From Octopus vulgaris (Eukaryota): a DNA stretch of 64,000 nt. The notes under the pieces are model-generated. The model was given only the letters and a program-made list of their open reading frames with translations, was not told the DNA's origin and searched no databases. Position numbers and translations under genes: made by a program. Location of the stretch: contig OX597825.1 of assembly GCA_951406725.2 (NCBI GenBank), positions 86,862,001 to 86,926,000 on the forward strand, in the 5' to 3' direction. Positions 35,433 through 49,370 of this stretch are shown here, in pieces; positions within the stretch are counted from its first letter, which is position 1, and each line of letters opens with the position of its first letter.

Positions 35433-35625
35433 AGGACAAAGAGTCATGGCTAGGTCGTACTTTCGGCCACAAGAAGCAGCAACATTTGTTTAATTTAAGA
35501 AATAGTTTATTGGAGTTGGTGTTGCAAATTCTTGTGTTTCTGTAACTATTGAACCAGGAGAAGAGTTCTTGCACCATATCTGTGCCATGTCCAGTTCCAT
35601 GATTAGTCAAGCTTCTTCCCATTTA

Positions 35626-35804
35626 CATTATTTACATTCGACGGATATTTGTCCTCATCTTGTTTGTTGTTAACACAACGTTTCGGCTGATATACCCTCC
35701 AGCCTTCGGGTGGGTATATCAAACAAGATGAGGACAAATATCCGTCGAATGTAAACAATGTAAATAATGTACATAATTCCTCATCTCTTAAATATTGAAA
35801 TGTA
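35626..35804. mobile_element. Fold-back insertion of the hammerhead-SINE 3' region with 13-bp TSD
   Basis: Inverted arm (minus strand: aggctg..cagcc-GAAA-cg-UU-gtgtt) plus a forward 3' end. TSD ttcttcccattta at 35613-35625 and 35805-35817. Confidence 0.85.
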
Positions 35805-36210
35805 TTCTTCCCATTTATTTAGCATAAATAATGGCGAAGTCCATTTTGTCATAACAGCCATTCATCGAGTGTCTGAGGAAGATCGAACAAGGACACGCGA
35901 ACAGACAAGCAAGCACATCGCTCAAATATAACAACAAACCTCGACAAGTTAACCGCCAAAAACAACCTGAAACTTAATTTGTGAATCTTCCACAGAATTC
36001 TTCATACAAACCTCTTTACATCGATATTGACGACGAAAACAAAACAAAACAAACATTCTTTTCAAATTAACTATTTTTTCCTATTTCAACACGCCATCAT
36101 AAAATTTATTTTCTGTGTATTTTATTGCAGAAACATTTTCTGTCTTTAAATGATGCTAAAACCTATGTTGATGCCAATTAGAATATTTCGTATCTCAGCT
36201 CTCTGCATAC

Positions 36211-36243
<33 letters not shown>

Positions 36244-36529
36244 ACGCACACGCACACACACATACACACACATGAACAAACACATACATATAAAGACAGA
36301 TAGGTTCATATACATACACACGCTCAGACCATGAATGCACAAGTGTATATAAATGCGTGTGTGATAGTATGGTGAGTTTATGGCTGCGTATGCGTGTGTT
36401 TGTGTACATTTGTTTGTACGAGTGTTTATCTGTATGTGTGCGTGTGTATATATATATATACATATATATATTTATATATATGTGTGTATGTATATATATA
36501 TATATATATATAGATAGATATGTATATAA

Positions 36530-36607
<78 letters not shown>

Positions 36608-36715
36608 ATAGATATGTATGTACATATGTATATATGTATATATGTATACATATATATACATATATATATGGTATTATCGGAGAATATATACTATTATGAC
36701 ATTATTGTACAGTTT

Positions 36716-36786
<71 letters not shown>

Positions 36787-36805
36787 ATATGTACATATAT
36801 GTATG

Positions 36806-36852
<47 letters not shown>

Positions 36853-37447
36853 ATATATATATATATACAAATGACATATGTCACAAGGGAACTCAATGAA
36901 TCATCAATCCACATGAGAATTAAACGGCAACGTTTAAACAACTGAAAATATTCGAACAACGCAAAATATGAATAGAAAATAGTTTATTTACGACCCAAGA
37001 CGAAATGTCGCCCGGTATGTCATTCTGGGTCACTGGGCTTCTGTAGGCTTTTCACAAACAAGTCGCCATAGTGAAGCCAGTTATTATTGTTATTAATATA
37101 AACACAGATGACAAGAAGCAGATCAAACTATTGGATAACCACGTGGTGTTTGGTGTAATGGTTGGAATGCAAAAATTTATTCTTTTGTATAGAGAAAATC
37201 CGTTTCATAACATCGCAGCCGCGGTATAACTCCACTGTGTTTTAAATACGAAGATACTGGAAGAAACGTGCGCGCGCATACACGCACACACACACACGTA
37301 CATATCCATGCCTGTATGTAAGCAGGAATGGGCGCCGTTAGTGCGCGACACTTTACCGTATTTCACATTAAATTCCTTCTTTGACATTACCCACATCTCA
37401 GAAACGATTGTAACGGATATGAAATAAAAGAAATATTAAATTCACGC

Positions 37448-37503
<56 letters not shown>

Positions 37504-39149
37504 CATATACATGCATATACATTTTAGTATATCTACCGTCTATATGTAATAATATACACTTATACATTATATGTGTATATGTATATACATATATATGTGT
37601 ATGTATATGCGTGTAAGTATATATATATTTTTATTTATGTATGTAGTTGTTTATATATATATATGTATATATGTATGTGTGTGTGTATGTGTGTGTGTGC
37701 ATGTGTGTATGCGTACGCGAATATATAGTTGTGTGTAGGTGTGTCTATATATATGTGTGTGTGTGTGTATGTATGTGTGTGTATGAGTGTGTATGTATGT
37801 GTGTGTGCGTGTGCGTGCGCGAATATGTAATTGCGTGTAGAGAAGAATGACCCTTATAATAAAATGTTGATTTTCGTTCTGAAATGTTTCTTTATTTCAT
37901 TCTTTTTCATTCTTTTTTTTCTTATTCTCCTTTTCATTGTTTTATTTCCTTCATACTTTAACTCTTTATTGCTTTTGTTTGTTTTCTTTTTTTTTACTCA
38001 ACCAACGAGATTTTTGTGTCTGAAACACTTTCTGAAATTACATTGGTTCACCTCCAACGGAAGTTTGGCATCCTGAAGCAATATTTTCCGAATAGAACAT
38101 TCAATCATCTCTAAATGTTAATGACTATATTGTTGCTGCTGTTGTTGATGATGATAATAATGGTAATGATGATGATGATCATGTCTCCCATTCTTTCCCG
38201 CACTGTATATAAACACACGCGCGCGCGAGCACACACACACACATGCATATACACCAACCATATCCCTTCAATTACCTGAACTACCTCCTCCTTTCACCCA
38301 TGCTAAACAACAGCGACAGCGTGTATTTCCATACCCTGTCCACCCGACAGTCTTCCATACTTACTCTCCACCTAATATTACGTGTATGTTAAAAGACTTG
38401 AGCCCCTCAACGCTTTCATGTAGGATCGAAACCATGGTCTCATGATTGAAAACGGATCTTTTTATCCGATCGGCTACGCCTGCATCTATCTCATATTGTA
38501 GTTTGCTACTAAAACGCTTCCATATTTAATCTTGTGCTTTATTTTCTTGTTGCATTCTACATATAATGAAAGAAGAGCGTCGTAGTTCGCTTGAAGCATT
38601 GTAATATAGAAGTAGAATAATGAATGAATTGAGAAATAAGGACAGATTCTAACAATGCAGAAACTTTATAAAACCTTTGTATTTCGGGTGCAAAGGCCTA
38701 CGTATCATGGTATTGCTATCGACTAATTATTAACTTGGAATTCGACATAGCATGACGTTGCTATGAATGTTGTTCCCCATACGATATAAAAATGTGTTGC
38801 AGTGATCAATACGGAAGGTCAAGAACATTCGTTGTTAGCGCTGCTTTCCTATATAGAATTCCGTGGAAAAATGGTTGGAACCTTTATTACCAAAGAAAAA
38901 AAAGAAAAAAAGCCCAGCACAAATATATCCTACGTGCAACAAACTGTGAAGGAAGAAGTGAATAAAAAAGAAGCAAAAAGGAAGAAAGCAGGGAATAAAT
39001 TGAAACCGGCTGCCAAAGATTGTATTAGCTGTAATAGTATTCCCCTGGTTCACTGCAGCAAATCACGCAAAAAAACATACCAATAATACTATTATTTTAT
39101 TCTGATAATGAGATCGAGGTCTTGAAACACTGACAGTCCTTGGAAAGCT

Positions 39150-40230
39150 ATTTTCTCAGAATAAATACAAAACTATAATGAAATAAATAAATTCTTTGGT
39201 AAAAACGAACAGAATCGTGTCTTTATCATAAACTATTTCACTGTATAGTCATTCCGTGTTTCCACAAATTCGCTCGTTTCACGTCCGTTTTATCATTGTA
39301 GTATGAAGTCGAATGTGAGCTCATTTAGGCAGCATTTTACAGCCGAATGCCTCTTCGTGTTGCAAATCCTCATCTATTTTCAAGTAAGTAATTTTCCTAT
39401 TGGTTCTCGAAAGCACAGGGAGATCGGTCGCCAAGTCAACAAAGACTGTATTTCGTCGCAGTAATGGAGCTGTCTCTTCCTTGTGAGACAGAAGTGCTCC
39501 GCTGGAGTAAATTCATGACAACCAGTTCTTATTAATTCACTGAATTAAGGTGCCCATCTTTTCCCAACTTTTCAGGATTAGCTTCGTCTCAGATAATATC
39601 CGGGTGACATTGTCCCTCTTGATGGTCATATCGTTGCAGTTCCTAGTTTCCTGTAAATCTCTGGCCTCAACTGCCCTTGAGTCTCCTTGAGTAGGCAACC
39701 CATGCAATGGCGATAGTTCCTCACCCTCAGTTAATTTGTTCCTCGGGGGACTCTGCATTCAGTGAACTATCTTAGTTAATTCTCTATCTGTTGCTTCTTT
39801 AGTTTGACATGGGTCAGCTGGACTCTCGGGGGGTGCTAACACCATTGCATACACCGCCTCCCTGTTCCCTGACCGATTGCAATGACCTTTGTATATCTAA
39901 ATTTTATAATAAAATATCAAATGACAAACTGTTAGAAAGCGGTTTGAAGAAACGTCTTTAAAACATAAAATGCCTAACCATCTCCCCTGATTCTTAGTCG
40001 ATGACACTGTAAAATTAGGGATCCAGCCCCCACAAACTACCACCAAAATTGTGATTATCCTGTACATTTGATAAGAGATTGCCTGATTTATTGAGTTCTG
40101 TTTTACATCGAAAAAATTGCAACACTTGATATCCATTATTCCCGCTCCTTCGTGCAGAACGGAGGCAAGCATCGGTTTCTAGACATCGTGGGTCCCAGTG
40201 AATTTTGTCAAATTGTCGAGCGGTCAAATG
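39150..40230 (-). pseudogene. Possible piggyBac-like transposase debris, interrupted by unrelated sequence
   Basis: Minus strand gives GPTMSRNR (~40190; cf. MSRNRF) and LYSEIVYDKDTIL (~39230; cf. YSSxFxFxxDxTL). Heavily decayed. Confidence 0.35.
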
Positions 40231-41054
40231 TGTATAAATCTTGAGCGAAGCGAGTCAACACCGTAATACGGTTTCAATTCCCATGAGAGGAAAAATAATT
40301 TCCTTTAATTACAACACTAATGTCTTAAAGAAAAAGCATGAACGTCACAACTCCCTCATTTCCTCTCCATAAAAATCTTGTTTATATTTAGGACAAAATT
40401 TTCAATATTTTTAGCCGGAAACGTTAGCAACAAAAACAACGGATTTCAACAGCAGCAATAACAACAATAATTTTCGATTTCAGAACTCCCTGAGTATCGA
40501 ACATGCGAAGATTTAGGAAGTGATTACAGATATTTTCAACCACAATCGGTAAATTGATAACATCAGTGTTATCAGAAGGAATTTACGCATATATTCATCC
40601 AGATTAGGATTATCGCTGCGAAAAAAAAAAAAAAAAAGATTAAGTAAACCAGAAAATTTATCCAATAACATGTTTTGTTGTTGCTGAATGAGATATGGTC
40701 ACGTGGAAACAGAGATTTACAATGTGAGGGAAAGATAAAGCGCAGGAGGGTTAGAACGACGACGATCACCATGACGACGATGATGAGGTGGTTGATGGCG
40801 GCGGCAGCAGTGATGGTGAAGCTTAGAGCATATTATGTATGCACGTGTATATAATAATATATATATAATATATATATGATATATATGTATATATATATAC
40901 ATATATATATACGTATGTATATGTATATATATATATATACATATATATGTATATATATATATACATACATATATACATACATATATATATACATACATAT
41001 ATACATATATACACATATATACGCATACGTAATACATACATATATACATATATG

Positions 41055-41103
<49 letters not shown>

Positions 41104-41309
41104 GTATGTATATATATATATATATATATATGCACAAACGTACATGTATGCACAGCCATGCACGCACATATTAATACATGTGTACACACTTTAAGGGCGA
41201 AAGATTGGAGAGAGGTGAAATAAAAAGATATGCACCAATAAAACCCTTTATTTTTTCATACATACATGAACACAAAGGTGCATACTCACGCACGCACACA
41301 CATGCATGC

Positions 41310-41371
<62 letters not shown>

Positions 41372-41406
41372 CATATACGTATATGTGTATTCATATACAT
41401 AAAAAC

Positions 41407-41437
<31 letters not shown>

Positions 41438-41501
41438 CATACACACACTCACACACATGTATGCATATATACATATACGTATATATATAGTCATATACAT
41501 G

Positions 41502-41559
<58 letters not shown>

Positions 41560-41647
41560 ACACACATATATGGATACACACGCATACACACACACGAATA
41601 CGCATATATATATATATATAAATAAATATATACTTACACAGAACACG

Positions 41648-41700
<53 letters not shown>

Positions 41701-41721
41701 CTGTATGTATGGGTTGTGGCT

Positions 41722-41790
41722 GTTGTTACTCCCTTGCAATCGTTTCACGCTCATGTCCACTGAATCGGACGCAATGATCTTCAATGGAGA
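41722..41790 (-). ncRNA. Decayed hammerhead-like motif
   Basis: Minus strand reads ctcca-ttgaaga-t...gtcc..ggac..agcg-t-GAAA-cgattg-ca-agggag. Layout matches 17812-17895, but core and cleavage site are mutated. Confidence 0.4.
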
Positions 41791-41957
41791 TTCAACAGGA
41801 TCCGGAAGAAAAAATAATGCTATACATATATATAAACATAATACGTACACAAATACAAACACCTAAACACCAACACACACATCTACACCTATATACACAC
41901 GTACACATAACACATGATTTTCTTTTTAGTGTTTCACTGTTTGCTACAAATACTTGA

Positions 41958-42009
<52 letters not shown>

Positions 42010-42412
42010 GTATGTATATACATATATGTATATATATATATGAATATATATTCATATATATATATACATATATATATATATTCATATATATATATACATA
42101 TATATATATACACAATATTAGATATATATATATATGTACGTGACTTGTGCGTGTGAGTGTATTTAGGTGTGTGTGTGTGTGTGTGTGAAATGTGATTTAG
42201 TTTGCATTAGCATCGCAAAAAACATGGCGTTGTTGTTGAATACGTAACGCATTGCAGTCGTATGGCTGAGTCAGCTGACGATCTGAAAGGAAGATTCCCG
42301 TGTTGTGAATGCGATGAAAGCGTATGGGAAATGTTGTGCGTTGAGGATGGGATATACAGAACTGTATAACGGAAGTGCTGGTATGTGCACGGCCATACAC
42401 ATTGTGAAAGTG

Positions 42413-42715
42413 TGTGGTTTAGTGGTTAGGGCATTCGGCGCACGATGTGAATTCGATTCCCGGCCGTGCGTTGATCCTTGAGCTAGTCACTTGATTTCCC
42501 GTTGCTCCAGTCCACTCAACTAGCAAAAACGAGTCGTACCTGTAATTCAGGGGGGGGGGCGTTCTTGCCGAACATTTTTTATGCTGAATTCGCCTGACTA
42601 ACTACGTTAAGACTACGCACGTCTGCGGTGTACGCAGCCCCTTGCACGTGAATATCCCGTGTAGGCTGTTCTGTCGATCGAACTGCAACACTGGTCGTCG
42701 AATGCTAGGCCAGAC
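42413..42715 (+). mobile_element. Decayed tRNA-derived SINE
   Basis: A box tggtttagtgg, B box aattcgattccc, and central ccttgagc...gttgctccagtccactca shared with ~9190-9235. Confidence 0.7.
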
Positions 42716-43033
42716 CCTTGCCATACACATCCTCACATACGTATGCATGCACACGTGGACATACAGTACATGTAAACATGTACACACATGCACATAAGAA
42801 CGCATGGAACACCGACGTTGATGCATGGGAGATCAAATCCCTCGGCCGTATTTTCTGCCATCGAACTATACAGGGGATGATAGAGTAATTACTATTAATT
42901 AAAAGTACTATGTACAGTCTTTTTAATTACTCTTGTAGATTGATTGGTCAGTTGTCTGAAACTATAGAATATGGAAGTAATTGGAATAACATATTTCTAA
43001 ATCTCCCAGAGAGATTTATGCAGTAGCAGCACG

Positions 43034-43272
43034 ATAAAGTGATAGTATGTTGTCAACTTAATGTGACAGTCCCATGAAAGGGAAGAATGCTACTGTTATT
43101 TAGCCCTAGGAAACACCGTTTCCTGTTGGACTTGACACGTTTCCTGTGTCCTTATATTTTCAAAGTAGAGACAAGTCCAACAGGAAACGGTATTTCCTAG
43201 GGCTAAATAACAGTAGCATTCTTCCCTCTCATGGGACTGTCACATTAAGTTGACAATATACTATCACTTTAT
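43034..43272. mobile_element. Fold-back palindrome (~100-bp arms), homologous to 25347-25610
   Basis: ataaagtgatagtatgttgtcaacttaatgtgacagtccc...gttggacttg is the reverse complement of caagtccaac...gggactgtcacattaagttgacaatatactatcactttat. Confidence 0.9.
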
Positions 43273-43831
43273 GGAAGTGATTGTCTTGTGGTATTTAGTG
43301 CCATCCTTTCCTAAGTTCACATCCTGTTGGCGGGATGTGTGTCAGATTTATCTTCCTTTAAATATGGTCTCGACGCAGTCGGTTCCAGTTATTGTTGTTA
43401 TTTGGTTCCAGGTCACTCCTTCTCGAGCAGCTCATTTAAGTAAAGCTGTTTCAACCATGATTATCCTGCCTTTGAGTGGCCTCATGTTTAATTTGTTCTG
43501 TCCTCATTTAGCGACTATAAAATGTGAATTGACGAACACTTAGCTGTTGTTTCTAGCTGGTTTAGCGGCCACACATAATCTCTTCGCTGGCTCTGCTAAA
43601 ATACCCGTAAAGTAAGGTAACGATGGGGGCTAAGGTTTGGATCGCGAATCATACACATCTTCGAATTTAAAGTACGACCATGAAAGACATTGGATAAATG
43701 CAGATGATTTCTCCGTAGTTTTATGTAAAATGGAAATCAAACAAAATAATGTTTTCGATTTACAAATGAAGTAGATCCAAAGCAAGAAGTTTCTGAATAA
43801 AATTGTAACTTTAATATTTTCGAGGGTAAAA

Positions 43832-44020
43832 AGGCGGCGAGTTGGCAGAAGGATTAACACGCCGGAAAAAATACTTAACGGCATTTTGTGCATCTTTACG
43901 GTCTGAGTTCAAATTCCGCCAAGGTCAACTTTGCCCATTATGTTCTCGGGGTCGATAAAAGAAGTACCAGTTAAACACTGAGATCGATGTAATCCCTATA
44001 TTGCTGGCCTTGTGCAAAAA
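43832..44020 (+). mobile_element. Monomeric SINE (10109 family)
   Basis: ggcggcgagttggcagaagg...gagttcaaattccgccaaggtcaactttgcc...ggggtcgataaaagaagtaccag. Confidence 0.85.
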
Positions 44021-44679
44021 TGTTATAGTAATATTTTAAACGTGAATAAAATTTGATAAGATCTGTCAAGACTTAATTCCGTTGTTTTATAGATTTAGTT
44101 TTAGAAAATTATCTGCGATAAAAGAAAGACCGAGCAATCTGCCGTTTCGATTTTTATAGGGAAAAATCTAATCTCATTTACTCATTAATGCAATTAATAC
44201 CCGTACATAAGGCGTGAACGATCAATTAATATATAAAACAAATGTTTTTGAAGTTTAGTTTGAAATAAACTATGATTTGTTTAAAAATAAATGTTATTTA
44301 GTGTTAGACTGCGAATATTGGTTGCGATTCGTCTTGAAAAGTCGATATATTTTCATCATTTCCGAGAAAAGCTTTAGTGAAACATATTGACATCACAAAA
44401 TTCAATTTCAACCCCGTCCCTAATGAATTTGCAATCTTCTTGCTTAAGTGGTTGAGTACAAAACCATTGAAACTTATTGAACTGATCAGCAGGGAGTAGA
44501 GGAGAAGTCAATCTTACCTTAAATTGCATGCCCCAAGGCCAATGTAACCTGTACATACATACGCGCGCGCACACGCACACACATACATACACTTTCATGC
44601 ATATATACATATATATATATATATAAACATACATTCATACATATACTTACGGTCATTTATACTCAAATGCTTCCACACA

Positions 44680-44715
<36 letters not shown>

Positions 44716-45039
44716 TTCAGAATTATTGGCGCCACTTTGGTTCCTTGTGAAAACAATATTATTTTCCCTTTTCACGACTAGCATCAAAATTAATTTATAA
44801 TAACGACATATCATACATACTTGTTTGTATTTGTTACATACACACACACACACAACCAGAAACACACACACACACACACACACACACAACCAGAAACAGA
44901 CACACACACACACACACACAACCAGGAACAAACACACACAAACTTGACACCAGTTCAAATGTGTCGAAAAGATATTTGAATCTGTGAAAACTTTCCCGTT
45001 GTTTGTATACTTTTCAGTTTTCATTACTACTTCACGCAT

Positions 45040-45839
45040 CTACCCACCTATACCTACCTGCTAATCTACCTTCTTACCTACCTACCTACCTACCTACCTA
45101 CCTACCTACCTACCTACCTACCTACCTACCTACCTACCTACCTACCTACCTACCTACCTACCTACCTACCTACCTACCTACCTACCTACCTACCCACACA
45201 CTTACCTACCTATCTACCTATCTACCTACCTACCTACCTACTTAGCTACCTACCTACCTACCCACCCACCTACCTATCTACATACCTACCTACCTACCTA
45301 CCTACCTACCTACCTACCTAAACCTACCTACCTACCTACCTAAAACCTACCTACCTACCTACCTAAACCTACCTACATACATACATACCTACCTACCTAC
45401 CTACCTACCTACCTACCTACCTACCTACCCACCCACCCACCTACCTACCTACCTACCTACCTACCTACCCACCTACCTACCTACCTACCTAAACCTACCT
45501 ACATACCTAAGCCTACCTACCTACCTACCTACCTACCTACCTACCTAACTACCTACCTACCTACATACCTAAGCCTACCTACCTACCTACCTACCTACCT
45601 ACCTACCTACCTACCTACCTAAACCTACCTAAACCTACCTACCTACCTACCTACCTACCTACCTAAACCTACCTACCTACCTACCTACCTACCTACCTAA
45701 ACCTACCTACATACCTACTTACCTACCTACCTACCTACCTACCTACCGACCTACCTACCTATCTTCCTACCTACCTACCTACCTACCTACCTACCTACCT
45801 ACCTACCTACCTACCTACCTAGGTAGGTAGGTAGGTAGG
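45040..45839. repeat. (CCTA)n tetranucleotide array ending in a short inverted (TAGG)n
   Basis: About 780 bp of cctacctac with ccta-aa variants. The strand flips at 45820/45821 (acct|aggtaggtagg). Confidence 0.95.
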
Positions 45840-47193
45840 CGTTTAGCTCTGTTTGCTCCCTAAACAACAAAACAAGTTTGTGTCCATTGTTCAGGTTTGG
45901 TTCCTCGTCGTAACGAGAAGAGAACTATAGATCCAATTCCAGTAAAAATGCGTGAAAATGTTTATTTGAGGTGGATGTGTGGTTTAAATTTGAAATTGGA
46001 ACTTCAAATATATATATTTTTTAATAACATAAAGAACAGACGTCGAAAAATCCTAGTGGAAGTGATAGATCCAATTTCAGTTGCCTGACAGCTGTCAGAT
46101 TAACAGAAATAATTTGAAGCTTACAATAAATTTTCTTTGATTCTGAGACCAGAAACACGTTTCCAGGAAGACAGAAAAAGACGGCTATTTTTTATTCAAT
46201 TTAAAGCTTATAGCCAAGTAGTTCTCTAATATTTCTTCCTTTGCATAAATGGAAAGCCTAAAAAATAATCAACTGAGTCAAACAAATAAGCGGAAAAAAC
46301 GTTAATGAGGAAAAAACAAAGAAACAAAAAAACAAGAAAAAAAGTGATTAGTTAAAGGAAGTTTATAAGTATGTTGTGAATATTTGTTGGGGTTGAAAGG
46401 AAATGATGCTTAAATCGAATAAAAACATATAAAATAGCCCCCAAAACGTTCAAAGAAACGGGTGAACGATAGAATCAACAGAAATGGTAGAAATATGCAG
46501 TTGTAGAATGTTAATAGAGAAGATAGAAGCCATTTGAAAATGTTTTCTAGGAGCATTAATCTTGAGAATATTAGGACGGAATGGAAATCTTTCTTGACAA
46601 ATCTTATTAAGAGAAGTTTTTGTCTGTAACGAAGAAATGACAATAAAAAGCAGTTTCATGGCAGCTCATAGTCGCAGAGTTATTTAAGAGAAGAATTTTA
46701 GTGAATTGTCCTAAAGCTATTACCTGAGTTTCTTCGTAATACCACGTAAAGTAGCAGTTTCAAAGACTCTGTAACACTTTACTAATATAATTATTCACAG
46801 ATAGACACGCACACAGAGGCGTAAATAATTATATATAGTCGTGCTGCATTCTCAAACTCGGTCATATAAATATGCAAACACACATGGTCTCGCATACATG
46901 AAAATACACGCACGCATGCACACACACATACACACACAGATACAGACACATACACACATGACAATCTGGAGAAGCTAGGGTTTTCAGGAAAAGAAACGAA
47001 CTAATTAACTCGCATATTACAAATACCATTTATAAGCGGAACGCTAATAATATGCGAGACTTTTCTCAAATTTAAAATGCAACATTGCTTTTTGTTACCT
47101 CCGTTCCGTCGACGGAGCTTTGTATGTTTGATAGAAACCAGTTCCTTCCTCAGAGGAAGAGTTGAAATCATTCAAAACAGAAGATGCATGCAT

Positions 47194-47578
47194 GGGCGCA
47201 GACGTGGCTGCGTGGTAAGAAGTTTGCTTCCTAGCTACATGGTTCCCGGTTCAGTCCCACTGTGTGGCACCTTGGGCACTATAGCCTCGGGTGACCAAAG
47301 ACTTGTAAGCGGATCTGGTACACGGAAACTGAAAGAAACCTGCGTATATATATATATATATATAGGTGTATGTGTTTTTGCGTCTGTTTGTCCTCCACCG
47401 TCGCTTGATATCCGGTGTTGGTGTGTTTACGTCGTCCTAACATAGTGATTCTGTAAAAGAATACACCGATAGGCTTTATAAAAATGGTAAGTCCTGGGGT
47501 CAATTCGTTCAATTAATATTCTTCAAGGCTGTGCCCCAGCATGGCCGTAGTCAAATGACTGAAACAAGTAAAAGAATA
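47194..47578 (+). mobile_element. Near full-length tRNA-derived SINE
   Basis: ggcgcagacgtggctgcgtggtaagaag...ggttcagtcccactg...ggaaactgaaagaaacc (TA)n ...ccagcatggccgtagtcaaatgactgaaacaagtaaaagaata. Confidence 0.9.
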
Positions 47579-48555
47579 ATAGATGATACACACACACACA
47601 CAAACACACACAAACACGCGTATATATATATATTATATACACATGCATAAATACACGAACCGTTAATGTTCCTCAACATTCTTTTATGAAGGGTTTTTCG
47701 CATCTTCTTGGCGTCCATTTCATTTTGGTTTGGAACTTTAATCTTACTGAATCCATTTGTCTGACTCTTCGAAACTTTCACAATCTATTTTCAAAATAAA
47801 CGTCTGTAAAGCACGTGTTGGCTGCGATCCAGACTAATGGATTTCGGAAGGTTTTTGTTCCAGACCAAACCTAAAGAACTAATGAGGAAATATGGACAAT
47901 TCTCTGTAAATAAGATAAAAGTTGGAGACAGTTCTTTACTTTTTATTACATTTGAAAGAATAGTCGTTCTCTACTTACTTATAATTGCACAGTTTTATCC
48001 ATATTCCCCCCTCCCACACACACACTGGTGAACATAAACAGCTTTATTTATATATGATATGAGAGAATGGGAGGGAGAGGGAGAAAGGAGGAAAGTTTGG
48101 TAAATATATTAAAGAAGCTAGTTTGCTTGCGTCTGATTTATTTTATCGAAGGATTCTTCACATTTCAAAGTGAATTCTTTAAGTTGAATTTGAAAGAGAC
48201 AAACCACTAATCGACATCAAAGCACGCCAGAAGTGAATTACATGAAGACGCTTATCAGAAGTTAACGCTGTGAAATTCTTATCTGCAACGTTGATGCTTT
48301 CACCAGTTGTGACAGAATTCCCATGATTACTGGCGACTCAATGGAAGATGCGCGAAGAATCGTTATTATTGCCGATACTTTATTGTGAGGAATGGAATGT
48401 TCAGATCTGGAACCGTAAACCGAATAATATATCGAGGGGCACTGTTGCTGAACCCTAAACGTCAACACCTAATAAGGAAACATGGGAGATGCTGGCTACA
48501 AAAGAAGGAAACATGTCTGAAGGGAAATCTCTTTCTTGTTTACATAATTAAATAG

Positions 48556-48872
48556 TACATTATTTACATTATTTACACTATTTACATTATTTACATTTGA
48601 CGGATATTTGTCCTCATCTTGTTTGCTGTTAACACAATGTTTCCGTTGATATACCCTTCAGACTTCATTAGGTGTCTTGGGGAAATTTCGAACCTGGGTT
48701 CTCATTCCTAAGGTATTTTTCGATGTAGATTTCCCCAAGACACCTGATGAAGCCTGGAGGGTATATTAGTCGAAACGTTGTGTTAACAACAAACAAGATG
48801 AGGACAAATATCCGTCAAAAGTAAGTAATGTCAATAATGTAAACAATTCCTCATCTCTTAAATATAGAACTG
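48556..48872. mobile_element. Fold-back insertion of the hammerhead-SINE 3' region with 13-bp TSD
   Basis: Inverted arm 48556-~48726 plus forward arm ~48727-48872 ending aatatagaactg. TSD cataattaaatag at 48543-48555 and 48873-48885. Confidence 0.9.
48739..48784 (+). ncRNA. Minimal type I hammerhead motif
   Basis: gacac-CUGAUGA-a-gcctg-gagggtatat-tagtc-GAAA-cg-UU-gtgtt. Stem II is imperfect here but perfect (ggctg/cagcc) in the 35626 copy. Confidence 0.75.
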
Positions 48873-48904
48873 CATAATTAAATAGGTGCATTTATCTTTT
48901 ATGT

Positions 48905-49117
48905 TTTCTTTTCTTGTTTCAGGCATTTGACTGCGGCCATGCTGGGGCGCTGCTTTGAATAATTTTTACTCGAATGAACCAATCCCAGTATTTATTGTCA
49001 AGCCTATTCCTTATTCTATCGATCTATTCTGTTGCCAAACCGCTAAGTTACGGGGACGTAAACCCACCAACATTGGTGGACAAGCAGTGGTAAGGGGACA
49101 AAGGCAGTTCACAAAGG

Positions 49118-49148
<31 letters not shown>

Positions 49149-49370
49149 TCACACACGCACGCACACACACATATTCTTTATTTTTTTACGGGTTTCAGTC
49201 ATTTGTCTGTGGCCATGCTGGAGCACCGCCATTAGTAGAACGAGTCGACCCCAGGACTTATTCTTTGTAAGCCTACTACTTATTCTATCGTTCTCTTTTC
49301 CCGAACCGGTAAGTTACGGGGATGTAAACACACCTACATCGGTGGGGGGACAAATACAGCCACACAAACA
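48905..49370 (-). mobile_element. Two tandem 3' halves of SINE (47194 family), minus strand
   Basis: gtttcag..atttgactgcggccatgctgg...ccgctaagttacggggacgtaaac occurs twice (~48915 and ~49190). Confidence 0.8.
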
